Of a stretch of 64,000 nt of DNA, positions 29,387 to 38,677 are shown one piece after another. The notes under the pieces were generated by a model. That model had not been told where the DNA came from. It was given only the letters and a program-made list of their open reading frames with translations, and did not search any database. The translations under genes and the position numbers were made by a program. Source of the DNA: Myxococcales bacterium. Lineage in GTDB: Bacteria; Myxococcota_A; Polyangia; Polyangiales; Polyangiaceae. Where the stretch lies: the NCBI GenBank assembly GCA_043747615.1, contig JAYTOU010000032.1:32001-96000 (forward strand), given 5' to 3'. The stretch's first letter is position 1. Each line of letters opens with the position of its first letter.

Positions 29387-30943
29387 TCAGCGGGGAATAA
29401 CGCTGAATACGGGCTGCCACTTGTCGAACCCGCCGAGCTTGGCAGACTCCGGATTGGCCGGCGTGACGACGTCCTCGGCGCGACCGAGGAGCGCGAACTT
29501 TTCGTCCTGGTACACCACGCTCAAATCCGCGCCGTATGCTTCGCGCTTGGAAAACCCGACGGACCGCACCGGAAGAAGGACGTAGTCGGATTTCGTTTTC
29601 TTCCAGCTCTCCGCGTACGTCGGGCTGGCCGGGTCGAACGCGTCGGCAACGTCGGTGACCGTGGACTCCGGGTAGACTTCCTCGTAGCGACCATCCATGG
29701 AGATCTGCGTCTTCGGGTAGAGGCGCCAGAGCGCGTAGCTGCCATTGTTGAAATCAACAAGGAGCTTCTTTCCGTCTTTCCCGTTGGCCCGCAACCATTC
29801 CAAAGCCTGCACGGGGTAGGTATCGAGGGTGAGCGGAACGAGGGTGCCCTCCGCAGCTCTCATCGCGACATGGACCACGCAGAGGAGCGCTATCCCGCAC
29901 GTGGCAACGCCGCCCATGCGCTTCGCCGCGACGAGAAGACTCGGCCTGCGGCGCTCGACCGCGTCTATCAGCGCGTCAACGTACTCGGCGCCGTACACCA
30001 CACAAACCATAGAGAAAATGGCGGCCAACCGATTTGCCCGCGCCGCAAAGAAAACGGCAGAAGCCAGGAACAAGCCCACGTGAAGCGGGGGCAGCTTGCG
30101 CGTCGTGAGCGCCCCTCCCAAGACGAGTAGCCCAATGGAGATCGTTGTCCACGATGCAGGGTTCGACAGACGCAGCGGACCCCATTCGGTGATCGTTGGT
30201 CGGGGCATCGTGACCGCCTCGATCATGTACGTGCTGAAGCTGAATCCCGGATAGGGGTTCAAAAACGCCACCACGAGGACCGAGACCGCGAACGTCACCG
30301 CAAGATGAATCCAGCCCGCGCGCCGCTCGATCAGGAAGGCTCCGGCCGCGAGCGCATGAAGGCCGAGGCCGACGACGAACCCTCCGTGCGCGTTCGCCCA
30401 GACCAGCATGATCAGCGGAAGAAAAATAATTCCCGTCAGCGAGCGTCGGCGAAAAGCCAAGACGAAGATGAGCAAGTAAACGGGAAGGAAGAAATACGTG
30501 AATAGCTGAGATCGCACGACGCTCGACCACACGTACGAAGAGTCCATTGCGCCGACGAGGAGCAAGACGAATCCCGACTTCGCCTTCGGGGCATAGATCT
30601 CCTGCGCAGCGAAGAGCACGGCAATCGACGCGAAAGCCCCGAGTGCACGGACGACCTGGAGCGCGAGATCTCCCCCCCGCGAGACTCCGTAAAACGTCAG
30701 CGCCGCCAACCACTCGTGATCGATCCACAGGGCTTTTTTAGCCGTGTAGGCAAAGGGATCGACGATCGGAACCTTGCCCGCCAGGGTGATGAGATGGCCA
30801 GCCGCGACGCGAGCGAAGAGGTCCGGATCGGCTCCGCGAGTTTGCAGGAGTGAGGCGAAAACGAAGAGGCAGACGAGCGGAACCACCGTGCGAGGGCTCG
30901 TAATGCGATCGATGACGGAATCCGCGAGCTCTTCGAAAGACAT
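29387..30943 (-). CDS. Polytopic membrane protein, GT-C-fold glycosyltransferase-like
   Basis: First-loop motif 'DPDLF..VAAG......VP.VDPFAYT....WIDHEWL', 'WANAHGGF', 'LNPY', 'TEWGP', C-terminal 'MDGRYE'. Confidence 0.75.
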   Translation of the reverse strand: MSFEELADSVIDRITSPRTVVPLVCLFVFASLLQTRGADPDLFARVAAGHLITLAGKVPIVDPFAYTAKKALWIDHEWLAALTFYGVSRGGDLALQVVRALGAFASIAVLFAAQEIYAPKAKSGFVLLLVGAMDSSYVWSSVVRSQLFTYFFLPVYLLIFVLAFRRRSLTGIIFLPLIMLVWANAHGGFVVGLGLHALAAGAFLIERRAGWIHLAVTFAVSVLVVAFLNPYPGFSFSTYMIEAVTMPRPTITEWGPLRLSNPASWTTISIGLLVLGGALTTRKLPPLHVGLFLASAVFFAARANRLAAIFSMVCVVYGAEYVDALIDAVERRRPSLLVAAKRMGGVATCGIALLCVVHVAMRAAEGTLVPLTLDTYPVQALEWLRANGKDGKKLLVDFNNGSYALWRLYPKTQISMDGRYEEVYPESTVTDVADAFDPASPTYAESWKKTKSDYVLLPVRSVGFSKREAYGADLSVVYQDEKFALLGRAEDVVTPANPESAKLGGFDKWQPVFSVIPR

Positions 30944-30968
30944 CTTCCCGAACGTATCCGCGCGTCGT

Positions 30969-32111
30969 TCAGGTTGTCGAGAACGCTGGGCGCGCCGTCC
31001 GGGCTTGCGTCGCGTAGATATCGAGCACGACGAAGGTCAGGGCGGGCGCGATGGCGCGCAGCGAGTTCGTCATGAGATGCATCACCGCGTAGCTCAGAAA
31101 CGGAATCATGACTGCGTACGGAACTGCAGCCCGAAGAAGGAGTGTCCGACGCTTCGCCCAGCGAACACCGATGGCCACCGCCGCCGCCACCACGAGGGTC
31201 GAGACGAGCGCGTCGACGTAGGCATCTGCGGGCAGCCAGTACTCGCGGCAAGCATCGAAGTAGCCCACGAACGGCGGTCCAAATTCGACGACGTGCGGAG
31301 ACTGCCAACCCAACCGCATGCGCACGTAAACCGCCCATCCCCCGCCTGCGAAGGCGGCAGCGAGCACGATCAGCGCTCGATCTCGAACGGTGAGCTCCCG
31401 CGGCGCACCTTGCGGGGGATTTCGCGGCAGAGCCCACGTCGCCGAGAGCGCGGAGATCCCTAAAATGGCGAGAAAGCTCGGCTCCTTCGTCAGCACCGCA
31501 CACGCGCCCGCGACGGCTGCCCACCCGATCCGCTTGCGAACGATGGCCAGCATCGCGCAAACGAGAAAGAGGAGCGCGAGCGCGTCCGACATGTCGAACA
31601 CCACACCAAGGAGCACCCCTGGGTTCAGGGCGAACGCGAGCCCCGCGCGCTCTGCAACTCCAAGCTCCTGAGCGAGCCGCGCACACAAGTACCCTCCAAA
31701 AAATACCGCGCCGAGGTTCGTAAGCAGCATTCCGAGGACGAGGGCGCGCTCCCCAAAGAGCCTCCACGGGGCGACGATGAGCGGATAGCCGATCCGCTGC
31801 GCGCGGTAGAGCGGGCGATCGGTGTAAGCCACGAGATCCTCGACGTGCAGGAGAAGCGGATCCCGCGCGAGAATCCAAAAGTAGCGCGCGTCGTGGCCGT
31901 CTTCATTGGGAGTCTGGACGGATCCGAGGATTGAGCGGGCGTGCGCGAGCTCTCTTTTTTGATCATCCGTTCCCAGCCCGTTCTTGGTGCTCCCGAAATG
32001 AAGAAAGCCGCTTGTATCTCCGCGGAACACGACAAGGTGGCTAGCGCAAACGAGGAGATGAAAGGCGAGCCCCACCAAGGCGACGCGCATAGCTCGCTGC
32101 CGGTCCGACAT
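30969..32111 (-). CDS. Membrane GT-C-like protein resembling the AZOBR_p60025 cell-surface glycopolymer family
   Basis: 'GHDARYFWILARDPL', 'DRPLYRAQRIGYP', 'LTKE', multiple TM helices. Start MSDR at 32111. Confidence 0.7.
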   Translation of the reverse strand: MSDRQRAMRVALVGLAFHLLVCASHLVVFRGDTSGFLHFGSTKNGLGTDDQKRELAHARSILGSVQTPNEDGHDARYFWILARDPLLLHVEDLVAYTDRPLYRAQRIGYPLIVAPWRLFGERALVLGMLLTNLGAVFFGGYLCARLAQELGVAERAGLAFALNPGVLLGVVFDMSDALALLFLVCAMLAIVRKRIGWAAVAGACAVLTKEPSFLAILGISALSATWALPRNPPQGAPRELTVRDRALIVLAAAFAGGGWAVYVRMRLGWQSPHVVEFGPPFVGYFDACREYWLPADAYVDALVSTLVVAAAVAIGVRWAKRRTLLLRAAVPYAVMIPFLSYAVMHLMTNSLRAIAPALTFVVLDIYATQARTARPAFSTT

Positions 32112-32194
32112 TCGCCTCGTTGGTATCACGGGCGAAAGCGACCTCGACGAAAATTCGGGTTTACTCAGGCTGCGGTTGCCGAGAAGATCACTAC

Positions 32195-33718
32195 GTGACG
32201 GAACGAAGAGCAGGACTCGTCGGCGCATTCTTGTCTCTGAAGATGATTCTCTTTGTCGCCGCGGCCATCACGATCGTGTTCCAGCAGTCCACCGGCTTCG
32301 CCAGCGATCCGGGCGTGGGATGGCACATCCGGACCGGGCAGTGGATCATCGAACAAAAGGCCGTCCCGCTGATCGACCCGTTCCTCGGCGGCCCGGTGCG
32401 CACCTGGGTTTGCGACCAGTGGCTGAGCGATGCGCTGCTTTTTCTTCTTTACCGTGCGGGCTCGTGGCCACTCATCTATCTCTTTCTCGGTGCCACTTAT
32501 TTCTTTACCTACTTCGGTGTCTTGCTTTCGCTCGTCGAACGACGCAGCGGAACGTTTGCCCCCGCCGCATTGAGCGTTTTTTTCGCGATGAAAGTGGGCT
32601 TCATCCACTTCTTGTTGCGACCGACGATCTTCGGCTTTCTCTTCTTCGCTACAGAGCTTTATCTCCTCGAGCCGCTATTCACGTACGGCACATCTAAAAA
32701 GCGCCTTTACTGGCTCCCGTTACTCTTTCTCTTCTGGACGAACATGCATGGCTCGTTCGTGCTTGGCGTCGTCCCCCTCGCGATCGGCGGCGCGCTCTAT
32801 CTGTCGTTCCTAGCTCGCAAGAAGGAGCGCTCGGTCGTTCCCGTTGCCCTTTGCGCGCTTTCGCTCCTCGCTACCTTTGCCAACCCAAACGGCGCCGGAC
32901 TTCACCGCAGTATCGTCGCGCTGGGGGGCAGCAAGTGGCTGATGCAATTTCATCAGGAGTGGCTGCCGATCGAGCTCGCGTCTGTCGAAGGTGTGCTCTT
33001 TCTCGCCATCTCCGCCTTCGCAGTCGTCGGAGTGTGGGATGCCATTCGTACGAGCGAACGTGGCTTCAAAGCCAGCCTCGAGAACTGGCTGCCCGACGCC
33101 CTGCTCTCGGCAATATTCGCTTTCTGTGCCCTTCGCAGCGTCAGAATGGTTCCGTACTTCGGTATTGCATCCGCAGTCCTTGCCGCTCGCGGCGCTCACG
33201 CCCTGCCTTCGACGCGGGTCTTCCGGGCGCTCTTTCCGTCGGGGATCCTGCTGCGCCTCACGACGTGGATGAACGAGCGCGAGGGTCGCGTGGCCATGCC
33301 GGGGGCGCAGCTCCTGACAGGCATCGTGATTCTCTTTGCTCTTGCGGGGTATTTCATGAGCGCGCATCCGCTCGAACCGCCGCGTGCCGTGTATCCCTAC
33401 GACGCCACCGCGTTCATCGAGACGCTTCCGCCGGGCGACATCCTCGCTGGCCCCGACGTGGGCGGGTTTCTGACCCTCAGATTGTGGCCCAGAAATCGCC
33501 CTCTGATGGACGACCGAAATACGCTTCTAGGAGAGGCTTTCTACAAAAAGTACTTCCTCGCGCGAGAGACTCCGGAAGGATTCATCGAGTTCGGGAAGAG
33601 TTTGAACGCCAAGTACATCCTACTTTCCCCGTCTTCGAAGTTGAGTTCGATGATGGCCGGGGCCGGCTGCGAGAGGCTCTACGGCGACGAGCACGCTGTT
33701 CTGTGCCGCGTCAACTGA
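32195..33718 (+). CDS. Polytopic membrane protein, GT-C-fold glycosyltransferase-like (same family as 29387-30943)
   Basis: 'DPGVGWHIRTGQWI....VP..DPF', 'WVCDQWLSD', 'RP', 'WTNMHGSF', 'ANPNG', 'QEWLP', 'MDDR'. Start approximate. Confidence 0.75.
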   Translation: MTERRAGLVGAFLSLKMILFVAAAITIVFQQSTGFASDPGVGWHIRTGQWIIEQKAVPLIDPFLGGPVRTWVCDQWLSDALLFLLYRAGSWPLIYLFLGATYFFTYFGVLLSLVERRSGTFAPAALSVFFAMKVGFIHFLLRPTIFGFLFFATELYLLEPLFTYGTSKKRLYWLPLLFLFWTNMHGSFVLGVVPLAIGGALYLSFLARKKERSVVPVALCALSLLATFANPNGAGLHRSIVALGGSKWLMQFHQEWLPIELASVEGVLFLAISAFAVVGVWDAIRTSERGFKASLENWLPDALLSAIFAFCALRSVRMVPYFGIASAVLAARGAHALPSTRVFRALFPSGILLRLTTWMNEREGRVAMPGAQLLTGIVILFALAGYFMSAHPLEPPRAVYPYDATAFIETLPPGDILAGPDVGGFLTLRLWPRNRPLMDDRNTLLGEAFYKKYFLARETPEGFIEFGKSLNAKYILLSPSSKLSSMMAGAGCERLYGDEHAVLCRVN

Positions 33719-33754
33719 GTTGCGTGCAAGGCTGGTCCATGGGAAAAAGGTGCC

Positions 33755-35143
33755 ATGTCGATCGCGCTGAACGTACTTACGTTTCCCGAGCCCATTGTCG
33801 CCAAGAAGGCGCCCGTCGAGCCGGAAACGCTCACCTATAAGACGCTCCTCGACGGACCGTTCTGGCAGAAGCTTCCCACCTACCGAGACGTGAGCGAGGC
33901 GCAGTTTCTCGATCACAATTGGCAATCGAAGAACTCGATTACCAGCGTCGCGAAGCTTCTGAAGACCGTGGAAGGGCTCGTCTCCCCGGCCTTCATCGCC
34001 GACGCCGAGCAAGGCTTCAAGCACGCGCCCATGAGCGTTCGGGTCAGCCCCTATCTTCTGTCGCTCATCGACTGGTCGGACCCTTACAACGACCCGCTGC
34101 GCATCCAGTTCATCCCGGTCGGCTCGCGCCTTCTGCCCGATCATCCCAAACTCAATCTGGATTCTCTTCACGAGCAAGAAGACGCTCCCGTCCCCGGCCT
34201 GACCCACCGCTACGCGGACAAGGCGCTTTTTCTGCCTCTCGCCACGTGCCCCGTGTACTGCCGCTTTTGCACGCGGAGCTACGCGGTCGGAATCGACACC
34301 GAAGAGGTCGAGAAGGTCAGCATCAAGGTCAACGACGAGCGATGGAAACGAGCGTACGCGTACATTGCGTCGCGCCCCGAGCTCGAAGACATCGTCATCT
34401 CCGGCGGTGACGCCTACAATTTGCGCGCGCAGCAGATCACCGAAATCGGTGAGGCCCTTCTGGCCATGCCGAACATCCGCCGTATGCGCTTCGCCACCAA
34501 GGGCCCGGCGGTCATGCCGCAAAAGGTGCTTACCGACGACGCCTGGACGGACGCCCTCACCGCTATCGTCGAGAAGGGCCGCAAGCTTCACAAAGAGGTC
34601 GTGCTCCACACTCACTTCAATCACCCGCGCGAGATCACCGCCATCACCGGCCGCGCGATGAACAAGCTCTTCGAGCGCGGAATCACGGTGCGAAACCAGA
34701 GCGTGCTCCAGCGCCGCGTAAACGACACGCCCGAGGTCATGACAATGCTCGTAAAGCGCCTCGGGCACGTGAACGTGCATCCGTATTACGTCTACGTTCA
34801 CGATCTCGTGAAGGGGGTCGAAGATCTCCGCACCACGCTCGACACCGCGCTCCTCATCGAAAAGAACGTGCGCGGCAGCACTGCCGGATTCAACACGCCC
34901 ACCTTCGTCGTCGACGCACCGGGGGGCGGCGGAAAGCGTAACGCCCACTCGTACGAGTACTACGATCGCGACACGGGAATCAGCGTGTACACAGCGCCTT
35001 CAGTGAAGCCAGGCGAGTATTTCGTTTACTACGATCCGCTCGATCAGCTCAGCGAAACGATGCGCCGCCGCTGGGCCGATCCCGCCGATCAAGAAATCAT
35101 GGTCAACGCTGCACTCGCCCGGGCAAAAGAGCACGCTCGCTAA
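33755..35143 (+). CDS. KamA-family radical SAM/PLP enzyme (lysine 2,3-aminomutase-like)
   Basis: 'LTHRYADK', CxxxCxxC 'CPVYCRFC', 'SGGD', 'HFNHPRE', 'NQSVL', PLP-Lys motif 'DAPGGGGK'. Confidence 0.93.
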   Translation: MSIALNVLTFPEPIVAKKAPVEPETLTYKTLLDGPFWQKLPTYRDVSEAQFLDHNWQSKNSITSVAKLLKTVEGLVSPAFIADAEQGFKHAPMSVRVSPYLLSLIDWSDPYNDPLRIQFIPVGSRLLPDHPKLNLDSLHEQEDAPVPGLTHRYADKALFLPLATCPVYCRFCTRSYAVGIDTEEVEKVSIKVNDERWKRAYAYIASRPELEDIVISGGDAYNLRAQQITEIGEALLAMPNIRRMRFATKGPAVMPQKVLTDDAWTDALTAIVEKGRKLHKEVVLHTHFNHPREITAITGRAMNKLFERGITVRNQSVLQRRVNDTPEVMTMLVKRLGHVNVHPYYVYVHDLVKGVEDLRTTLDTALLIEKNVRGSTAGFNTPTFVVDAPGGGGKRNAHSYEYYDRDTGISVYTAPSVKPGEYFVYYDPLDQLSETMRRRWADPADQEIMVNAALARAKEHAR

Positions 35144-35156
35144 TTCGAAATCGAAG

Positions 35157-36386
35157 ATGAAGCTCCGCGGGCTCGCGATCTTCACCGAAACCCGCAAGCT
35201 CGCTGCGATGGCAGCCTTGCTCATGTGGGGCCTGTGGCTGCTGGATGTCGCGGTCGGGGCCTTCCTCCACCGGCCCGAGAAGACCGACGCGGCAGGTCTG
35301 ATCGTCGGCGCCGACTTCGTTCAATTCTATGCTGCAGGAAAGACCCTCCTCGCAGGCAAGAGCGACACGCTTTACCAGCGAAGTGTTCAAAGGGAGCTGC
35401 AGCACGAAATCACGCAAACCCATCTAGATGGGCTGCTCAACTTCAATCAGCCGCCGTTCGTAGCCATTCCGTTCGTCGCGTTCGCACTCATTCCGTATCT
35501 TGCCGCCTTTGCCATTTACACGGTGGCGAATCTCGCGCTCTTGCGCTCCTGCTTGCGGCTCCTGGGAGAGCCATCGGGTGCCACGTTGCTCGTCGTCTTG
35601 AGCTGGTTTCCGGTCCTCTGCGTCGGCAGCTATGGGCACTACACCTTTTTGACGATGTTGCTGGTGTCGGGCACATACGTGCTTTGGAGGCGTGGGTATT
35701 TTTTCTCCGCCGGCCTCCTCTTTAGTCTGACTGCCTACAAGCCTAATCTCATGCTTGGGGTCTCGGTTCTTTTTTTATTGGACTGGAGGCGGGCGTATCG
35801 AGCGCTCTTCGGTTTGGGCCTCGGCGTAAGCGGTCTCGTCCTGCTCTGCGTCATCGCCTTGCCCGAAGCGAGTCGCTCATATGTCCAAACGCTCACGCAC
35901 GATTTCGCTGCGCTCCAAGCGGGCTCGGATTCTCTCTTCGTGAAAGAGCACACCATTTACGTGTTCTGGAACGCGCTTCTCGGCGGGCACACCGGCGTGG
36001 TGAAGGTCGTTACCTTGCTCTCGCAAGCCGCTGCGGTGGGGGCGTTCGTGCTTCTTTGGCGGCGCAAGCCCAGGCCCGAGGTGGCCTTCGCGTTTTCACT
36101 AATACTGGCCTTTTGGCTCACGCCGTACGTCATTATCTACGATCTGAGCCTACTGGCTATTTCCGCAATTCTCTTGTGGAATGCGAACACCGAGCTTCGA
36201 CCCGCTCTGAAAGACTATTACCTGCTATTTTGGTTTGCCCCATTCCTTTCTTTGACGCTGCTAGTGCCGATTCAAGCCAGGTATCTCCCCATCGTGGTTC
36301 ACGTCGGCGAGCTTTCCTTCATCGTGGTGAGCATCCTCGCCTGGCGGAAGGTGATGCGAACGCTGGGCTGCTTTTCTTCTCCTTAG
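35157..36386 (+). CDS. Glycosyltransferase family 87 (DUF2029) membrane protein
   Basis: 'GADFVQFYAAG', 'FNQPP', 'YGH/Q' region, 'YKP', 'PY...YD'. About ten TM helices. Confidence 0.85.
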   Translation: MKLRGLAIFTETRKLAAMAALLMWGLWLLDVAVGAFLHRPEKTDAAGLIVGADFVQFYAAGKTLLAGKSDTLYQRSVQRELQHEITQTHLDGLLNFNQPPFVAIPFVAFALIPYLAAFAIYTVANLALLRSCLRLLGEPSGATLLVVLSWFPVLCVGSYGHYTFLTMLLVSGTYVLWRRGYFFSAGLLFSLTAYKPNLMLGVSVLFLLDWRRAYRALFGLGLGVSGLVLLCVIALPEASRSYVQTLTHDFAALQAGSDSLFVKEHTIYVFWNALLGGHTGVVKVVTLLSQAAAVGAFVLLWRRKPRPEVAFAFSLILAFWLTPYVIIYDLSLLAISAILLWNANTELRPALKDYYLLFWFAPFLSLTLLVPIQARYLPIVVHVGELSFIVVSILAWRKVMRTLGCFSSP

Positions 36387-36568
36387 TGGCGCTTCCACGG
36401 TCAACCCCGCTACGATCTCGATGTGGGCCCTTGACACCCAACGCGCACGTTGTCCGAGAAACCCCGGAGAATAGGCGCGATTGTTGAAGATCCCGCGTTG
36501 ACACCCTCACGAATTTTTCGCAAGGTCGAATGGAGTCGCGGGACGTAGTAAGGCGATCGAGGCAAAGA

Positions 36569-37246
36569 ATGACGCTCCTGACGAAAACGTTGCTCGGTCT
36601 ATCCATCGTTACCTGCAGCGCCGTCGCGGGCTGCCAGGGACCGCCGCCCGAAGGCCCGGCGCCGTTCGAGATCGTGATGAAGGTGGAGAGCGACCCCGGT
36701 TTTCCCATCCCTGGGGCGGCGATCGTCCGCGGGGGAAAAGACATCATCGCCACCGGGCTCGATGGACGAGCAATGCTCACCCTGTCCGGCAAAGAAGGCG
36801 ACGCGTACGAATTCACCGTGCGATGCCCGGCGGACTTCACCTCGCCCTCGAAGACCGTGTCCGTCTACCTTCACCGTCTCTCCGACAAGACGAAGGTCCC
36901 GGAGTACAACGCGCTCTGCCCGCCGACGACCCGCAAGCTCGTGGTGTCGATTCGGGCGGAAAACGGCCCGAATTTGCCCGTCCTTTACCTCGGAAAGCCG
37001 GTCGCCCGCACCGACTCTTCTGGCGTCGCGCACATCCTTCTCACCATGAAGCCTGGCGATCAGTTCGAGCTCCAGCTGGACACCAGCGAGAAGGGCAACG
37101 AGCGCCTTCGCCCCAAGATGCCCACGGGAACGTTCGCCATGCGCCAGCGGGACGACCTCCAATCTTTCGATCAGAAGTTCTTCCTCGAGAAGATTCCAGT
37201 CGTCTATCACGCAGGCCCCGCCCGTCCGCACAAAATCGGCGAATAG
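36569..37246 (+). CDS. Lipoprotein with two beta-sandwich (carboxypeptidase-regulatory-like) repeats; paralog 1
   Basis: Lipobox VAGC, 'VESDPG.PIPGA', 'TGLDGRA', 'ARTDSSGVAH'. Start uncertain (36530 or 36569). Confidence 0.75.
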   Translation: MTLLTKTLLGLSIVTCSAVAGCQGPPPEGPAPFEIVMKVESDPGFPIPGAAIVRGGKDIIATGLDGRAMLTLSGKEGDAYEFTVRCPADFTSPSKTVSVYLHRLSDKTKVPEYNALCPPTTRKLVVSIRAENGPNLPVLYLGKPVARTDSSGVAHILLTMKPGDQFELQLDTSEKGNERLRPKMPTGTFAMRQRDDLQSFDQKFFLEKIPVVYHAGPARPHKIGE

Positions 37247-37248
37247 CG

Positions 37249-37935
37249 ATGCGCGCGTCAAGCTACGTCACGGCAGGCATTTCCGTGCCGATCATGATCG
37301 GCTGCAACATGTTCGCGGCGGTCACGGACGCGCAGCCCTTCGACATCCTCATCAAGGTGGAGAGCGATCCGGGAACCCCGGTGGGCGGCGCCAGCGTCAG
37401 CCACAGCGGAAAAGTGGTCTCATCGACTGGGCTCGACGGCAAAGCAAAGCTCTCGCTTCCCGGAAAAGAGGGGGACGAGCTCGATTTCAACGTCGAGTGC
37501 CCGGCGGACTTCCTTTCACCGACCAAGCCCGTCAACGTTTACCTCCACCGGATGGCCGACAAGACGAAGCTCGCGGAGTACAGCGCCGTTTGCCCGCCCT
37601 CGACTCGAAAGCTCGTCGTCTCGGTGAGGGCGGAGAATGGTCCGAACCTGCCTGTCCTCTACTTGGGCAAGCCGGTCGCGCGAACGGATGCTTCGGGCAC
37701 GGCCCACATCCTCCTCAAGATGAGGCCTGGGGACCAATTCGAGCTTCAGTTCGACACGAGCGAAAAGGGGAACGAGCTTCTGCGCCCGAAAATGCCGACT
37801 GGCACCTTCGCGATGCGGGAACATGACGATCTTCAGTCCTTCGACCAGAAGTTCTTCCTGGAGAAGCAGAAGACCGTCTTCCATGCAGGGCCGAGGCGCG
37901 CGGTCAACATCGGGGCGGGGGACCCCGAGGACTGA
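37249..37935 (+). CDS. Lipoprotein, tandem paralog of 36569-37246
   Basis: Lipobox MIGC. Long identical blocks with the upstream gene, e.g. 'RAENGPNLPVLYLGKPVARTD' and 'DDLQSFDQKFFLEK'. Confidence 0.78.
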   Translation: MRASSYVTAGISVPIMIGCNMFAAVTDAQPFDILIKVESDPGTPVGGASVSHSGKVVSSTGLDGKAKLSLPGKEGDELDFNVECPADFLSPTKPVNVYLHRMADKTKLAEYSAVCPPSTRKLVVSVRAENGPNLPVLYLGKPVARTDASGTAHILLKMRPGDQFELQFDTSEKGNELLRPKMPTGTFAMREHDDLQSFDQKFFLEKQKTVFHAGPRRAVNIGAGDPED

Positions 37936-38143
37936 GGCCTTTCCATGCACCGCTCGATCGCTCCCCACACGTAGAGAACGCTCCCATTGGATCAACTGTC
38001 CATGGGGGGATGGATGAAAGGGGATCCGCCCCGACCAGATTCAAGCCACACTAGATTCTTTCACTCCCACAAGAATTGCTTAGAATCCTCGAAGAATCCG
38101 CAGTTCGTGAAATTCGGGAGTACCGTCAGGAAAGAAAATAAAG

Positions 38144-38160
38144 CTGGCACGAGACGTGTA
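38144..38160 (+). promoter_or_regulatory. Sigma-54-like promoter upstream of the Flp pilin
   Basis: CTGGCACG-agac-GTGTA: perfect -24 box, but -12 has GT instead of GC. Lies in an AT-rich region. Confidence 0.45.
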
Positions 38161-38200
38161 TGCAATAGAAGTGTTCGTTGGACACGGAAGGGTGGATACG

Positions 38201-38377
38201 ATGCCGGGAGAGAAGAGCAAACTAGGGCGAGACAAGCGGGGCGCGGTCGCCGTCGAGTACGCAATGATCCTCGTGATGTTCGTTATCCCCAGCACCGCCG
38301 CCATCTCCTACGAAGGGCGTCTCGTTTACAGCCAGTACAAGGAAGCAAAAGGGATGATCCTGCTGCCTGTTCCCTAA
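38201..38377 (+). CDS. flp: Flp-family type IVc pilin 1
   Basis: Basic leader, cleavage motif G|AVAVEY (E+5, Y+6), hydrophobic helix, 58 aa. Confidence 0.85.
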   Translation: MPGEKSKLGRDKRGAVAVEYAMILVMFVIPSTAAISYEGRLVYSQYKEAKGMILLPVP

Positions 38378-38474
38378 GCTCGACAACACTTTTATCTCTT
38401 CTGGAGATTTTGATAGCGAATTGAGGTGGTCTGTTCTCAACCCGGAAACCGCAAATAACCAAGAGAACACGGCC

Positions 38475-38677
38475 ATGAAGACCAACCTCGAGACGATCGC
38501 CGCAAAGAACTCGTTCAGGAAATTGTTAAAACTGAGCGGGGCGCGACATCCGTCGAGTACGCTCTTTTTCTCGTCGCTATTTTGGTCGCCGGAGTAGCGG
38601 CCTTCAAGACGCTCGGGTCGAGGACCAACACGCAGGTCCGTGGAGCGAGAGGATCTAACAAACCAAAGGCAGACTCG
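38475..38677 (+). pseudogene. flp: Second Flp pilin, split by a -1 frameshift near 38528-38531 and lacking its own stop (reads into the prepilin peptidase)
   Basis: ATG 38475 gives leader MKTNLETIAAKNSFRKLLK. The Flp core TERG|ATSVEYALFLVAILVAGVAAFKTLG lies in the -1 frame, which has no upstream start codon. Confidence 0.75.

Noticed and set aside
33755..35143. EF-P beta-lysylation operon (epmB)
   Set aside because: No efp or epmA in the window. The role cannot be excluded in trans, so no gene symbol was assigned.
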